From NCBI GenBank assembly GCA_030295235.1, contig AP026133.1, positions 682,001-746,000 on the forward strand: a DNA stretch of 64,000 bases, written 5' to 3'. Positions 62,548 to 64,000 of this stretch are shown here, piece after piece. Within the stretch, counting starts at the first letter, position 1, and every line of letters starts with the position of its first letter. A program made the position numbers and the translations under genes. Below the pieces are notes generated by a model. That model was not told where the DNA came from and searched no databases. It was given only the letters and a program-made list of their open reading frames with translations. Source of the DNA: Fistulifera solaris (taxonomy: Eukaryota).

Positions 62548-64000
62548 ATGGATAATCATGGTCCAAACGCCGAAGAGCCTCGGAATCGGCGATCGGTGAG
62601 GTTTGGCGAAGATCAAATTCACTACGTCGAACGTCTCGAACCGAGTACAGAAGAAGAGACAGTACCGGCTATTCGTACTAGTCACAGTGAATCTCAAAGT
62701 ACTAAGAACGCTAATCACTTAGGGACAAACGGTACTGCATCACGATGCTGTGACTGCAGTCGGCGCTCTCACTGTCTACAACGGAAAAAATGCGCATGTA
62801 AACGTAATGGAGTCCATTGTACCAACTGTATCTGCGCTGACTGTCATAACAAAGAAACTGCTACGGATACCACAACCACAACTCACAACGTTAACGGACG
62901 AGATCTTGTTGTAGACTTCGTTGCCCCAACGGCACCAACGGAAACCAACGACACCTCCGTTCACAACATCAACGGACGAGAAATTGTCGCCGAGGTCGTT
63001 CAACCAACAACTGCTCAAGTGCCTTGGCACCATCGCACTAGACTCACGGACGAAAACAGACAAAGGGACAATACTCAAAACATCAATCAGGCCCAGGACA
63101 CTATTGCACTTCCATTCAATAATGGGGAACCAGCACTAAAACAAGAAGCCGAACCACGCAAAACAACTATGCCCGTATTGAGATTGATGATGGTAGACTA
63201 CTAAAGCGAAGACACGGATGATGACTCTGAGGCAGAAAGGGGAGAAAGCTTTACACCGCACAACAATTATGAACCTTTCCTTACCCCTGAACCCGATGCG
63301 GACCTTCCGGATTTCGTTGAAGAAGAGGCACACAGAAAAATCAAAGAAGTCTACGGAGACCATCCCCATAACAACGACGGCACCCATCTCACGGGAGGAA
63401 TACCAGCGGACATTGATGCAAAATGGCAAGAATGGTACTACAAATTGGTATCTTACCCATCCCGTAGCTACATGCTGTCTAAATGTGCGACATCAAAAAG
63501 ATTCCTAAACCTCCTAGTTGAAGAAATGAAGAATGTCCGAGTGCATAGAACAGCCAACTTTGAACGAGTAATTGTCTTCTGCATTGTCATCCTGGAACGA
63601 TGCCCAACAGTCAAGGGACATAGGAACATCACGAACAGGCTCAATGACCGAATGGACATGTGGGCAAACGAACATTTCGAAGCACTGTTTACGGACACTT
63701 TGTACACAAGAAGCATCGCGCTTCCGGAAGCGCAAAGAATCTATGGAAGAGCTGGCACGACAATTCGACCTCACATTAAAGTCAGGAAGAACAAAAGAAG
63801 CAATGCAACAGCTCAAAACTACCCATCAAAAAGGGCGGTGTACTTGACCCTGATGAAATCGATGAAAAAACAGGACGCCAAAAGTCATAGACGTGTTAGA
63901 AGAAAAACACCCTGAGATGCGAGTCCCTGACCTTGATCGACCCGGGGGCACAGTGCTTTTGAACACCATGACAACCTCCCACCAGTGATACCGCTTGAAT
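62548..64000 (+). mobile_element. 5' part of a CRE-like non-LTR retrotransposon ORF, frameshifted, running off the window
   Basis: Cys cluster CDCSRRSHCLQRKKCACKRNGVHCTNC. A shifted frame near 63290-63450 gives PDADLP...VYGDHPHNNDGTHLTGGI...KWQEWY, followed by RF...NFERVIVFCIVILER...RMDMW. I recall this as the pre-RT region of CRE-type elements. The RT domain itself is not in the window. Confidence 0.72.

Overview
This is eukaryotic, gene-dense DNA, almost certainly from a diatom. The evidence is short GT-AG introns, signal-peptide + Phe plastid leaders, RxL/Lys/Tyr-rich secreted proteins and diatom-type transposons. About 24 host genes are recognisable, including hemF, a CENP-K-like protein, an LCAT/PDAT acyltransferase, type II pantothenate kinase, a mitochondrial-carrier-family protein, GH72, RTF1, DUF179, separase, TraB, a PsaN-like protein, DUF296, an ABHD10-like hydrolase and JMJD4. 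Many conserved genes carry single-base indels at homopolymers, which I read as assembly error. The most notable observations are: (1) a PIF/Harbinger transposase followed by three divergent ORFs that share an unnamed H(P/T)xVVAH domain; (2) intergenic TA-C..G-TA ladders and ten TACCWGGTA sites, plus a dense patch of 7-bp tandem duplications, both suggestive of serial transposon footprints; (3) twelve histone-tail-like GK-x-L repeats in the RTF1 N-terminus; (4) an inverted pair of cingulin/silaffin-like secreted proteins fused to a dirigent-like domain; (5) two copies of a 65-bp hairpin element, one beside a 7-unit minisatellite; and (6) the 5' part of a CRE-like non-LTR retrotransposon at the right edge. 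All family assignments come from motif recognition, not database searches.
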